Shown here: positions 17,976 to 28,175 of the stretch, piece after piece
How positions within the stretch are numbered: position 1 is the stretch's first letter
Layout of the letters: the number at the start of each line of letters is the position of its first letter
The notes under the pieces: model-generated
What the model was told of the DNA's origin: nothing
The model's input: the letters and a program-made list of their open reading frames with translations, nothing else
Database searches by the model: none
Made by a program: the position numbers and the translations under genes
IMG/VR virus record: IMGVR_UViG_3300046501_000132
Coordinates: 106,685 to 170,684 of that record
Length of the DNA stretch: 64,000 nucleotides
From: a virus
Strand: one strand, 5' to 3'

Positions 17976-18203
17976 TCAGTCCCAGCTTCCGCCGCAGCTA
18001 CCAGAGTCCGAAGAACTGGACGAATCACACGACGATGAATAACCACTATCACCGCCGCCACTGAACGAATCGTTCAGAATTGCAAAGGCGCTGACTGGAT
18101 CGGTATCGCTGCTATGCGAACTACCGTTGGTGCCTGAAAACCGCGAAGCCGGACGACCTTGGATCTTTTGCCCCGGCTTTTTCTTGTTTGCGTTATAACT
18201 CAT
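17976..18203 (-). CDS. Ser/Gly/Asp-rich low-complexity small protein
   Basis: GGAG RBS; C-terminal SGGGDSGYSSSCDSSSS. Confidence 0.55.
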   Translation of the reverse strand: MSYNANKKKPGQKIQGRPASRFSGTNGSSHSSDTDPVSAFAILNDSFSGGGDSGYSSSCDSSSSSDSGSCGGSWD

Positions 18204-18253
18204 ATCAATCACTCCATTTGATGAGGAAAGTAGATCTGAAATTACCGACAACT

Positions 18254-18556
18254 TCAGTCGCCCCACTTTCCATAAAATAGAACCCCTTCGGGTTCATCTT
18301 GAGTCAGTACAGTCAATCGGTTGATATACTCACGACCGGAGAGAACTGTAATGGCTTCCGATCCCAATTGCTCCGGCTTGGTGCCAATCCAGCTAACGTC
18401 TTCAGCACCTTCCGAGATTTCCTTGATTGCCGCCTCTCGGGTTGTGTAACCTTCAAAGCTGCCAGCAAGAAACCCACTATCACCGAACCCGTAGAACATC
18501 GCCTCGTAAATCTTGGCTCCGGTGGGTTCATCGTGAAAAGGCCAGTTTCCTTCCAT
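18254..18556 (-). CDS. hypothetical protein
   Basis: 100-aa ORF in minus-strand run. Confidence 0.5.
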   Translation of the reverse strand: MEGNWPFHDEPTGAKIYEAMFYGFGDSGFLAGSFEGYTTREAAIKEISEGAEDVSWIGTKPEQLGSEAITVLSGREYINRLTVLTQDEPEGVLFYGKWGD

Positions 18557-18922
18557 CGATCACCAGAATTTTGCGATGAAATGAACAGCTACATAAATAG
18601 CACTGCCGATCAGACTCAGAAGGAACAGGAACCAAAACGTCAGCAAAAGTTCAATCAGGGTAAACCCGCCTTGTTGTTTGCTTTTCATACCTTCACCTTG
18701 GCTTGTTCTTCCTCCCAGGCGACGTATTCTTCATACGACTGGAAAGAGGGATACTGCTTTTGTTGCTTTTCGAAGTTTGTATTGGCCAACATTGCCACGT
18801 TCTTGCTCATCGTGACTCGTCCAACCGGAGTTTGACGAATCCAACCACCACTTACACGACTGATAACCATTTGGGCCTCGAATTGAACTACAAAGAAAGC
18901 GCCTCGAAGGGCGCCCTATTAC

Positions 18923-19501
18923 TTACACAGCCGAAGCAGCGGCAATAGCTTGCTTCGCGGCGGTACGAGCTTTGAATGCATTGCTCTTCACAGCCAGATT
19001 TGCGTTGTCCAATGCGACCTGACACGATTTCGCATACAAGCGGAAGTCTTCAACGTCGGCTTCCGGACGATATTCCACACGATTGTCACCGAACATCAGA
19101 CGAGTACGCACTTGTTCTTCGTACCAGTTGGAACCCATGACTTCCGTCAGGTCTTGATCATAGGTCAGTTCGCAGAACTTTTCGGTCAGTTCGGCGCGAG
19201 CGAACGGCGTCAGCGTCGGGAAGTTCATCACCACGATGCCGGCCGAGGCAGCGACATTCCGCAGGTTCTGCTTCGGAATGTAGAAATATGCCGGCTTGTT
19301 TTCCAGATTTTCCAGGGCTTGGTCACGACCATACGACTTGACGAAGCGTTCATCTTCGCGGCAGCGAGCAGCTTGGCCCACGACGATGTTGCCTTCGTCG
19401 TCCACCTTCCAAGCGATGGTGACGCCACCCAGGTGATTGAACTGGCCGGTCACCGGGTCTTGTTCACGAGCGTGGATGTAGTAGACTTTGTTCTTGATCA
19501 T
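18923..19501 (-). CDS. hypothetical phage protein
   Basis: 192 aa, strong codon bias, GGVTIAW...ARC..DERFVK..GR pattern, followed by hairpin. Confidence 0.7.
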   Translation of the reverse strand: MIKNKVYYIHAREQDPVTGQFNHLGGVTIAWKVDDEGNIVVGQAARCREDERFVKSYGRDQALENLENKPAYFYIPKQNLRNVAASAGIVVMNFPTLTPFARAELTEKFCELTYDQDLTEVMGSNWYEEQVRTRLMFGDNRVEYRPEADVEDFRLYAKSCQVALDNANLAVKSNAFKARTAAKQAIAAASAV

Positions 19502-19601
19502 TTGAAAACTTTCCAGTTAGTTAAGAAACATTCGATTTCCTATCGAATAGAGGATATTTTACCTATGTAAATGTGTTTCGTCTAGCTATGGAGTATGACT
19601 T

Positions 19602-20102
19602 TCAGTCCGAACCGATGAGTGCGCGGGCCTTCAAATACGCAGCCCAATTAACGCCATCATAGACATCACACTTCACAAAATAATCTTCGAAGGGAGCAAT
19701 ATCCGAGTCATCATCCAAGATAATGAACATGCGGGTCCATAGATCATACTTCCGCAGCCATTCCTTAATCTCTGACCCGCGCCGGTTCTTTTCGTCGGGA
19801 TAAACATCCAAGCTGGGTGTTCTCCAACCAATATCATCATAGAAGATGTAATTACCAAGGTTGGGGCATGCGGCGTTCAGAACCATCTTGAAAGACTCAA
19901 GCGTCATTCCGTAACGCCAAGTGGACGATATCACCAATTGGCAATCAAAGTCTTCACAGAGATTCCTGACCAACATACAAGAAATGGGGTCAAGGTAACT
20001 TGCGCCACCTTCATTCCCCATTGCGATACAGGCACGGGGTGTACAAAGCACCCCGTCCATATCCAAGAAGATGATATTAGATTTTCTCAACGTTTCAGCC
20101 AA
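19602..20102 (-). CDS. HAD-family (Swiss-army-knife RNA-repair type) phosphatase
   Basis: IFLDMDGVL, VISSTWR, RGSEIKEWL, IILDDDSD. Confidence 0.85.
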   Translation of the reverse strand: MAETLRKSNIIFLDMDGVLCTPRACIAMGNEGGASYLDPISCMLVRNLCEDFDCQLVISSTWRYGMTLESFKMVLNAACPNLGNYIFYDDIGWRTPSLDVYPDEKNRRGSEIKEWLRKYDLWTRMFIILDDDSDIAPFEDYFVKCDVYDGVNWAAYLKARALIGSD

Positions 20103-20512
20103 TCCTTCATCTGCTCATCCGTCAGCGAGTTCATATGATTGAGAATGTTCTCAATGGGCAACCCAGGCATGACTCCAAGGTCTTTCGTCTTGCCGGTTTC
20201 CTTATCCTCAATCGTAACCCACTCCCGATACACGGAATGCGATTCTTCGGACGGCGGACAGTGATATCGGAACAAATATCGATCAGAATGCAACCGCATA
20301 GTTGTCTTCCTCATAATCCCCTGTGGGATCGTTGTCTTCCACTTGGAAGGTTACGTGACGATAGTTACTCTTGGTCTGATGTGATTTCAGGTGGGTCAAC
20401 AATCCCAACTGAATCCGATCAATACCAAAATACACGATAGTCAGAAAAGCGAGCTCACCACTATTTTCCGGGTAATGCGCCGGCTTGATACCATACTGCT
20501 TAATTGCTTCAA

Positions 20513-20791
20513 TCATGGCTTAAAGAACCAAAAGAAAACGTCACTAATCGTGGTGTTGTTGACACGGTCGTAATAGGCGAAGTAATAAAGCAAATCACCT
20601 ATTCCGATAAGAATGAAGAAGTATATGATGAGCACCAGATACATCGGTGCTTCGATGTCCACCAATAACCTCTTTGATACTGCACACTTATATACCCATA
20701 GTCCCAGAATCGCAATTGCTGCGGATAGCTGTAGCCAAAGCGGCGTTTTAATTGCTATAATTACGCAGATGATTATGTGAATGATGGGCAT
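20513..20791 (-). CDS. membrane protein
   Basis: several hydrophobic segments. Confidence 0.5.
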   Translation of the reverse strand: MPIIHIIICVIIAIKTPLWLQLSAAIAILGLWVYKCAVSKRLLVDIEAPMYLVLIIYFFILIGIGDLLYYFAYYDRVNNTTISDVFFWFFKP

Positions 20792-21216
20792 TGATAATTA
20801 TGAACCTCAAATTTATAAATACGATCCTTAGCACGTAGATTATTCACATTAGGAACCGTCACGCCGTTCTTCATCGCATCTTTCCAATCTTCATTGTAAA
20901 GAACATCTGTCCAGAATAAAGCCAGTGCTCCATCCCAAAACTCGATGATAAAGGATCGGCCAATCAGACTCTTACGGCTGATCTGCTTGTATGAACTATA
21001 GCTGGTCGAACCGCCTGTGCCCAATAAACCACAACTCATAGTCTTATACTTCCACAGAGTCGCATCCGCCTCGTTCAAAACAAATTCAAGCGCGGCGGAT
21101 GGACTTTGGAGAAATAGATCATAAATCCGAATTCTTGGCCTTACTACCAAATCGCTGGGAAGGGTCAAGGTAGTCCCTCCACTCGTATCTTCCCAATCGA
21201 GAATTCCCAACCCCAA
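20773..21216 (-). CDS. hypothetical protein
   Basis: 147-aa ORF in run; start uncertain. Confidence 0.5.
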   Translation of the reverse strand: MGLGILDWEDTSGGTTLTLPSDLVVRPRIRIYDLFLQSPSAALEFVLNEADATLWKYKTMSCGLLGTGGSTSYSSYKQISRKSLIGRSFIIEFWDGALALFWTDVLYNEDWKDAMKNGVTVPNVNNLRAKDRIYKFEVHNYQCPSFT

Positions 21217-21298
21217 GAGTTGCGAATATCCTCAAGTCTGATGGATTCATGATAGACAGCATATACATTACTACCCGCTGTTACGACCCAGACATGCA

Positions 21299-22468
21299 TT
21301 ACTTGCTCCAGCTCAACATTTCCGTCTTCATCTGCTCGCGCAGTTGATCGATCTTGGTCGAAGCGGCGGCGCGTTCCTGGCGTCCAGCTTCCTGGATCTG
21401 CTTCACTTGCTTGACCGAGTCGATCAGCTTGTTCTGGCAGTATTCCAGAGTCTCGACATCAACCACCGAGCGTTCGGATGCCTTTGCCACTGCAATTGCG
21501 TTCATATTATTCAAATCTGCCGCCTTCTTGAAGAATTCGTTTGTTTTATCGTCCATAGCGGACCCGATCTCAGCGTTTTCCTTCTGCTTCAGCTTGATGA
21601 TCGTGAGGCTGATCTGCTTCTTCCAGGCCGGAATCGTCGTATTGATCAGATCGTTGAACTTCTCCACCATCGCCACATTGCCGGTCTGAATCTGACGGAT
21701 TTCCGGCGCGGTCAGAAGAGCAATCTGCTGCATTCGCTTCAGACGGTCGATCTGCTTTTCCCACAGCTTGATCCGCTGCTCGAATTCGTTGACCGCCTGA
21801 ATCTCAAACTGATCGGTCGAACTCTCCGCGTGTGCTTTCTGAACCGCATAGTCTTGGTTCATTTCGACCAGGAGCGCCTGAGCCGCTTCGATGGAGTTAC
21901 CCAAGTCGTGGTATTCCTGGAGATTCTTCTCATACAGGTCTTCCAGGAACTTGTTGTCGGAGCGCATCGCGTCTTGACGCTTCTCCAGATCGGACACGAC
22001 CTTACCAATGGAAGTGCTCGTGTCTTCGAACTTCGCCAGGACTTCAACCTTTTTCTTCTTGGCCGAGCCAATCAGCTTGCTCAGGAAGCCCTTATTCTTG
22101 TCCATGTTCAGATCATCGACTTTGACCTGGCTCGTCAGCGCGAGAATCTGGGTGATGCCATCACCAAACTCGCCCATCTTGCCAGTTGTCGTTCTCTGAA
22201 GGATGACGTCCGAAAGGCGCGCGACTTCCTTACCGGCTTCAGTGCCAAACTCGCTGATGGTCATCTGATCCTTGACGCCCCGCGCTTTGGACAGTTTCTG
22301 CCCGACCTGGGCATTCAGAATTGGAACCGTTGCCGGGAGATTCCGAACCGGGTCAATTCCATCAGTGTAATTGCCCAACACCTTCATCGGAGCGACTTGC
22401 GGGGCCTCGGCCATCATGACCTTGTTTTCGACTTTCGGCTCATTACCGAACATACTTGCATAAGACAT
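21299..22468 (-). CDS. telA: toxic anion resistance protein (TelA family)
   Basis: helical coiled-coil; APEIRQIQTGN..MVEK....INTTIPAWKKQ and VVDVETL motifs; AAGG RBS. Confidence 0.85.
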   Translation of the reverse strand: MSYASMFGNEPKVENKVMMAEAPQVAPMKVLGNYTDGIDPVRNLPATVPILNAQVGQKLSKARGVKDQMTISEFGTEAGKEVARLSDVILQRTTTGKMGEFGDGITQILALTSQVKVDDLNMDKNKGFLSKLIGSAKKKKVEVLAKFEDTSTSIGKVVSDLEKRQDAMRSDNKFLEDLYEKNLQEYHDLGNSIEAAQALLVEMNQDYAVQKAHAESSTDQFEIQAVNEFEQRIKLWEKQIDRLKRMQQIALLTAPEIRQIQTGNVAMVEKFNDLINTTIPAWKKQISLTIIKLKQKENAEIGSAMDDKTNEFFKKAADLNNMNAIAVAKASERSVVDVETLEYCQNKLIDSVKQVKQIQEAGRQERAAASTKIDQLREQMKTEMLSWSK

Positions 22469-22716
22469 TTTGTTTCCTTTATTGATAGTAGGGTGTAGAA
22501 ACACAGCCGACGACCGAATATTTCAGCGACCTCTTGGGAGGAAGCTCATCGATGTATTGGTGGTCAAACAACCAATTCCGAATCAGTTCCGCCGCGACTT
22601 CATCCTTGGCGTAGAACAGCGCAGGCCATTGGATGCATGGGATATAGTCATTAATGAACCGCTGCCCAAGACGCTGGTGATCCTCTTTCTTGCGTTCATG
22701 GATCTCCAACAGGATA

Positions 22717-23067
22717 TCAAGACTCTGCATCGACAATCCCCAACTTGTTACGAACCCAGGCAAGACGCTTTTCGTTCGTATGGGCCTTATGCTTCGTTCC
22801 CTCTTGAATATAGTGGATCATATCTTCATTGAATGGATAGGATTGGCTCAGACCATCATCCTTGAGCATGTCCTGAAGTTCCGTCCCCACTCGACCATAG
22901 TGCCAATCACCCAAGTTGGCTTGGTTTGACCAAAAATAAAGATTAGAACACAGACCGTAGCCACGAGAGAAATTCTTGGATTTCAATCCATAATCTCCCG
23001 CCAAGGGCGCGCCGGACTCCACCCATGTAATGTAGGCCGTCAGAAACTGCTTCATCAAATCAGACAT
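22717..23067 (-). CDS. hypothetical phage protein
   Basis: GLCSNL, YPFN, RLAWV pattern of small phage proteins. Confidence 0.55.
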   Translation of the reverse strand: MSDLMKQFLTAYITWVESGAPLAGDYGLKSKNFSRGYGLCSNLYFWSNQANLGDWHYGRVGTELQDMLKDDGLSQSYPFNEDMIHYIQEGTKHKAHTNEKRLAWVRNKLGIVDAES

Positions 23068-23284
23068 CAGAATACACCCTTCCCGGAACCGGCTCAAAGC
23101 CAGCAAGTTGTACATGAGTTCCCCAGAAAGTCCGATAACCTTGACCGATCACGCAATAATAGCAGATCGCATGGTCTACGAACTCCGGAAACCGTTTCAG
23201 AAACTCAGCTGAATGTACATCATTCAGTTGAATCTTGTAAGCGTCACCCGCCTTTGTGTTAGCGAGGATTTCATCCAGCGTCAT
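23060..23284 (-). CDS. hypothetical protein
   Basis: overlapping run. Confidence 0.45.
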   Translation of the reverse strand: MTLDEILANTKAGDAYKIQLNDVHSAEFLKRFPEFVDHAICYYCVIGQGYRTFWGTHVQLAGFEPVPGRVYSDV

Positions 23285-24108
23285 AGAATCCCCTTGAGAG
23301 CCTTGGAAATATCCTCCAGCCCATCCTTCCCGCTGATCATGGAGTTACGAATCACGTTCTCCACGAGAGGGATGATAGTCATCCCGAGTTCATCGGCAAA
23401 CGTATCACTATCGGACAGCGACTTCTCCATCTGTTCCAACTGGCTCTTGTTAAGAACCATCAGAGACAGAGATTTGGCAAACATTTCCTTGCGCTTCAGA
23501 GCCAAGTCCTTGACCATCTGATCCGGATTCTTCACCGCAACGTAGTTCAGAGTATTGACGGTGTTATCCAAATCCACATACAATCGGTTCAGAATCAACT
23601 TGGCACCAGAGAGTCCGTCCAGGAAAGGCTTAATATGAATTTTGGCCAGTTCCTGATATTTCCTCATCGCCGCGTCTAGCTTCGATTTTACCTCGTTTCG
23701 CACCTGAGCGGGGTCGGTCTTAGATGAGCGTAGGAAGCCGAAAATACCCGCGCCCTTACCGGAGGACTCGATTAGCTGTAGCGCCTCCAGGATGAGCGTT
23801 TTAGGCTCATTTAGCATAGTCTTCAGCTGAGCGAACTCGGTAACGACGTTATCAACACAGCGGTTCGCTTCGGTCGCTTCGGAGACGTGCCAATCGCCAA
23901 CGTCGCTGATGTCGGTGACTGCCAGTTTGGCGACTTCTTTCCCATTGAGAATAAAGTCAACTCGCGTCGAAGTGGTTGTGAGATTATTTTCCTTCAACCA
24001 GGCTTCGATGTCATCAAACCGGGAGTTGCTTTGCTTCGTTTCACCAAACAGATTCATTTTCTTGTCCACCACCCCGTTGGAATCTCCGAACAGGTTCTTG
24101 TAGCTCAT
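23281..24108 (-). CDS. coiled-coil protein, possibly divergent TelA paralogue/partner
   Basis: N-terminus MSYKNLFG resembles TelA ORF MSYASMFG; GIFGFL motif; helical. Confidence 0.55.
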   Translation of the reverse strand: MSYKNLFGDSNGVVDKKMNLFGETKQSNSRFDDIEAWLKENNLTTTSTRVDFILNGKEVAKLAVTDISDVGDWHVSEATEANRCVDNVVTEFAQLKTMLNEPKTLILEALQLIESSGKGAGIFGFLRSSKTDPAQVRNEVKSKLDAAMRKYQELAKIHIKPFLDGLSGAKLILNRLYVDLDNTVNTLNYVAVKNPDQMVKDLALKRKEMFAKSLSLMVLNKSQLEQMEKSLSDSDTFADELGMTIIPLVENVIRNSMISGKDGLEDISKALKGIL

Positions 24109-24305
24109 CAGTATCTCTGAGTTGTTACTTCGTTACCGCAAGGAGGGCACTTGATGAACTTGTGGACGTCGGCCCCTCCACCAATATCCCTCGAAGTATG
24201 AGTTTGGATATCAGCCGGAACATATTCCAACGTTGCTCCACAATTACGACAGATGATCTCTTTGACCACAGACGGATGCGGAGTTGCATTAACTACACGG
24301 ACCAT
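24108..24305 (-). CDS. zinc-ribbon protein
   Basis: CRNC...CPPC; GAGG RBS. Confidence 0.65.
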   Translation of the reverse strand: MVRVVNATPHPSVVKEIICRNCGATLEYVPADIQTHTSRDIGGGADVHKFIKCPPCGNEVTTQRY

Positions 24306-24312
24306 TATTTCC

Positions 24313-24663
24313 TCACTTGCACTTACGTTCGATTTCAGCCACAACGCGGTCGATCACGCCTTGCGGATCGGGAGTCAGAACCCGGACGCTGTTATAGCGA
24401 CCAAAGTAATAGGTCACACCCGAATCACCGTCCACTTCACGCTTCCCGCCGCTGATGTAGGAAAGAGTATTGGCGTTGATGTACGTGCCAGAAGCCGTCA
24501 CCTTGATCAGACATGGGCGACCACCACCTTCAGTGCGCGGCGTATATTCGTCTTGCGGGTGGGAAATACCCTTACCAAAAGCGGGAGCAACCATCGTGAA
24601 GAACACGAGAGTTAGAGCAGCGGTCCAGATGATGAGTTTGCGGAGAGCTTGGTCCATATTCAA
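24313..24663 (-). CDS. exported protein with signal peptide
   Basis: N-terminal hydrophobic segment ending in APAFG. Confidence 0.55.
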   Translation of the reverse strand: MNMDQALRKLIIWTAALTLVFFTMVAPAFGKGISHPQDEYTPRTEGGGRPCLIKVTASGTYINANTLSYISGGKREVDGDSGVTYYFGRYNSVRVLTPDPQGVIDRVVAEIERKCK

Positions 24664-25103
24664 TCCTCGTAATAGTCAAAGAAATCATCAAGATCATCCG
24701 GATCATCATAGAAACGATCCGGATTTTCCGCATTCCAGGCCAACGCGGCCTTATGATATTTCACAGCGGCTTCGCGGGTCAGACAGAGACGGTTGGTGTT
24801 ATGGTTCGTACCAATTCCGCAGTCACCTAACGAGCGCCAACAATCGGAGTGACGGCCGTGATGATCATACTCGCGGGCGTAGACCCAGTTGCTACGTAGA
24901 TCAAAGTCGCTGTGCCCCATCGGATTTCCTTTAGCGAACCGATGATTCCGATAGCTTTGTGGAATCTGGAGAATCTTCACTTTTTGGGGTTCACCCCACA
25001 GGTGTCCATAGACGTGCCAAAGCACTACGCCAGGCTTGATATCATCATATTTGGCGATACCCTTGCAAACAGTATCCGGATGGGGCAGCAACTTATTATC
25101 CAT
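24660..25103 (-). CDS. hypothetical phage protein
   Basis: 147 aa, acidic tail, promoter-like TATAAT upstream. Confidence 0.55.
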   Translation of the reverse strand: MDNKLLPHPDTVCKGIAKYDDIKPGVVLWHVYGHLWGEPQKVKILQIPQSYRNHRFAKGNPMGHSDFDLRSNWVYAREYDHHGRHSDCWRSLGDCGIGTNHNTNRLCLTREAAVKYHKAALAWNAENPDRFYDDPDDLDDFFDYYED

Positions 25104-25288
25104 TATACATTCTCGTTTAGTCGATAGGTCTATTATACTATGGATCCATACTTACGGGGATAATAACCCTAAAAGAAAAAGGGGGAATGTCTATGACGAC
25201 ATTCCCCTTTTTCTTGATACATTTACTTCTTCACCCAACCATACCACACAAGTGCTGCACCACAGATAAATCCGATAATGAACATTAC

Positions 25289-26320
25289 TTAAACTCCGTT
25301 AGGCCAATAGAGAACAGCCGAACCTTCAAAGAGTTTCCGATTTGTGGATGTCGACTGAACATAAATCACAAACGAACCGTGATCACCAGGATTGATCTTG
25401 CAATCGCCATAGTGAGGCAGACCCATCAGATCACGAGCAGCGGCACCTTCATACACAGCGCCGGACTTCTTGTCCTGGATGATGATCTTCTTGTAGTCCT
25501 GAACCTTCCGTTCGGGCTTCACCAGTTCATAGAAACCAGCGCCCTTGGTATAACTACCCTTGATGCGACGTTCACAGAAGTCCTTGATCTGATCGCCATC
25601 TTCATCTTCGGACACCGGCCAGATAGACACTTCCTTGGAAATATCGGTCAACACCTTCTTGACGTCAGAAGCCTTCACTTGGGACATATCGGTGTAGAAA
25701 CTGGAAACCGACTTCGCACCCGAAGCCCGCGCCGCGTAGAAGCCCTTCATAGCGGTCGTGGTCGCTTGGGTGGCAACTTCCATACCACGAGCCGAATTGG
25801 TATCCCATTCCAGCACATTCCCTTCCGGTAGGCCAAGATCGCGCATCAAGCGAGACTTATAGCCGCGCGGAACCCGGAACACGAAGGTCCAGCGGTCGGT
25901 AGATTGCAGCTGTCGAATCAGACGACCCAGCGACGCGCCGGTGTATTTACGCGAAGAATTGTCTTCCCCATCGGTCGTCACCATGATCAGAAACGAAGTG
26001 GTTTCATCGTTCACGTCCGGGACATCGTTAAATTGCTCGATCAGAACACCAACCGAGTCGTATAGCGGAGTGCTCGAACCATCGGCAGCATAGCTGGACA
26101 GCGGAGTCAGGGCGGTCACGCTCGACAGTTTGGTTTCAAAGACATTCCCAGCCGGACGGCCAGTACCACACTTCACCACTGATACAATCGTATCCTGGTT
26201 ATGGGCAATCGCTTCTTCCTTGATCGAAGACACGTTTGCATTATAGTCACGCATCGCCGCCGTGGTAATATGACCCATCGAAGCCGAGTGATCCCGGCTC
26301 AAACCAATATAATTACGCAT
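25289..26320 (-). CDS. von Willebrand factor A domain protein
   Basis: DHSASM MIDAS, TPLYD, VTTDGEDNSS. Confidence 0.85.
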   Translation of the reverse strand: MRNYIGLSRDHSASMGHITTAAMRDYNANVSSIKEEAIAHNQDTIVSVVKCGTGRPAGNVFETKLSSVTALTPLSSYAADGSSTPLYDSVGVLIEQFNDVPDVNDETTSFLIMVTTDGEDNSSRKYTGASLGRLIRQLQSTDRWTFVFRVPRGYKSRLMRDLGLPEGNVLEWDTNSARGMEVATQATTTAMKGFYAARASGAKSVSSFYTDMSQVKASDVKKVLTDISKEVSIWPVSEDEDGDQIKDFCERRIKGSYTKGAGFYELVKPERKVQDYKKIIIQDKKSGAVYEGAAARDLMGLPHYGDCKINPGDHGSFVIYVQSTSTNRKLFEGSAVLYWPNGV

Positions 26321-26459
26321 GTTGCTTATTTTCCTTATTCAATACTAACAACTCACACAAAGAGAAAGCCGCTCGACAGGAGCGGCTTTTTGTTTTACAT
26401 CTTCATGATGGCGTATACAAAGATCAGCGCCATGATGATAATGAAGACTTCGTTGGACA

Positions 26460-27065
26460 TTAGTAGCCCGGAACCTTGTAGGCCTGGAAGAAGTCTTGCA
26501 GACCCTTGTTGAAGCCCTCACCAACCGCTTGCATCACCCACTCGCCGCTGCTGTTCTTCTTGAATTCCACGAACATCATAGCGGTGGCTGTCGATGCGTT
26601 CTCGTCCAGATCGTACTCCGCGAGGCACGTATTGTTCACGTCGTAAATCTTGGCGTAGGCGTCATCCACCTGGCCGAAGTTTTGACGGCGATTGACTGCG
26701 TCGTGGATCGTCACGATCACGGTAGCCCGCGAGGCTTCAGCCGGCATCTTGCTGAAGTCGACCACGATCTGTTCATCGTCGCCATCGCCATTACCCGAGC
26801 GATTGTCGCCGCTGTGCTTCGCCACGCCACCAGGCAGTTCCTTTTGACCGTAGAAGCAGACCCAGCCATCGTCAGCGGTCGGCAGAGTCAGCACACGGCC
26901 GAACGGGGTTCCATCTTCCTTGAGGATGAACAGCGTTGCGTCCAGGTCGAAGTCTTGTTGCGTGTCGAACTTCTTGGGAGTCCAACCCAGACCAATGGTT
27001 GCAACCTTCAGACCGAATTCCTTGCTGAGATTCAGCTTACCACCTTTTTCAAGCGAGAGAGGCAT
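26460..27065 (-). CDS. terD: TerD-family stress/tellurium resistance protein
   Basis: IGLGW, FDLDA, HSGDNRSGNGDGDDEQI, NFGQV. Confidence 0.92.
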   Translation of the reverse strand: MPLSLEKGGKLNLSKEFGLKVATIGLGWTPKKFDTQQDFDLDATLFILKEDGTPFGRVLTLPTADDGWVCFYGQKELPGGVAKHSGDNRSGNGDGDDEQIVVDFSKMPAEASRATVIVTIHDAVNRRQNFGQVDDAYAKIYDVNNTCLAEYDLDENASTATAMMFVEFKKNSSGEWVMQAVGEGFNKGLQDFFQAYKVPGY

Positions 27066-27137
27066 TTCCAATTCCTTGTTACGTTTCGAGAAACGGGCGG
27101 GTTATCCGCCCATTACATAATTATACTGCGTTTCTAC

Positions 27138-28148
27138 TTACGCCGCTACTGCATTCGTATGACGATTAGCGATGAAGCTATGAACTACGGACACCGCCAG
27201 AATCGCCGCAGCAACCCCACCCGTCAGGATTTCGTGGATTTCGAACTTGGTTGCCAGGATCATCATCAGAGCCAGCGAACCGATGGACCAGAAGGCACCG
27301 TGTTCCAGGAACTTGAGCGAACCAAGCGTACCAGCATCGACCATATGAATCGTCATCGACCGGACGAACATTGCACCAATCGCCAGACCGAGGGTAACGA
27401 TGATGATCTGGTCGGAGATTGCAAAGGCGCCAATCACACCATCGAAAGAGAACGAAGCATCGAGCACGTTCAGGTAGCAGAACATACCAAAGCCATTCGC
27501 AGCGGCGCCGGCAGTATTCTTGCTTTCGAGGACATGTTGCAGCAAATGCACGAGCATCCAGGTCACCACACCAGCAATCGCCGCGTATTGGAATTCCATG
27601 ATATGGTCGGTCGGCACGATCATGATCGACAGGATCGCCAGAATGCCCATACCCACGAGTACCAGACCGAGCGTGCCAGCCTTACCCAAGAAGGTCATCA
27701 GCGGTTCGATACCAGGGATCCAGTGATGTTCCTTTTCTTGATCCATGAAGAAAGCCAGGAATACCATTAGCAGGAAGGCACCGCCATAGCCGGCAATCTT
27801 CGTATGTGCCGCTTGTACCGTGGCAGCATAGTTGGCCGCATCCTGGAACGGTAGAGCGAAGGATTGTCCCAGACTCAGAGAACTCGTGGCGTACACGATC
27901 AGGATCGGGAACAGGAAGCGAACCGCGAACACGGAGAACAACATACCCCACGTCAGGAACCGCTTTCGCCACTTATCGTCCATATCCTTCAGAATTTTGG
28001 CGTTCACTACAGCGTTGTCGAGGGACACCGAGACTTCCAGCAGACCGAGAATCGCAGCGGTCAGTGCGCCGACCGGACCATAGAACCAACCGCATACCGC
28101 GATTGCAACGACCGTGAAGATCGCACTTGCTTTGTAATACTTGAACAT
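27138..28148 (-). CDS. TerC-like integral membrane protein (DUF475 type)
   Basis: LEVSVSLDNAVVNA, DASFSFDGVIGAFAI, LEHGAFW. Confidence 0.88.
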   Translation of the reverse strand: MFKYYKASAIFTVVAIAVCGWFYGPVGALTAAILGLLEVSVSLDNAVVNAKILKDMDDKWRKRFLTWGMLFSVFAVRFLFPILIVYATSSLSLGQSFALPFQDAANYAATVQAAHTKIAGYGGAFLLMVFLAFFMDQEKEHHWIPGIEPLMTFLGKAGTLGLVLVGMGILAILSIMIVPTDHIMEFQYAAIAGVVTWMLVHLLQHVLESKNTAGAAANGFGMFCYLNVLDASFSFDGVIGAFAISDQIIIVTLGLAIGAMFVRSMTIHMVDAGTLGSLKFLEHGAFWSIGSLALMMILATKFEIHEILTGGVAAAILAVSVVHSFIANRHTNAVAA

Positions 28149-28175
28149 TTCAGTTACCTTTGATGATTGAAGGGT

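Noticed and set aside
21344-22498. Long + strand ORFs antisense to real genes (also 26496-27770, 48715-49551, 50489-51544; and 3399-4514 on -)
   Set aside because: Shadow frames caused by codon bias of the recognisable gene on the opposite strand; no RBS or motifs
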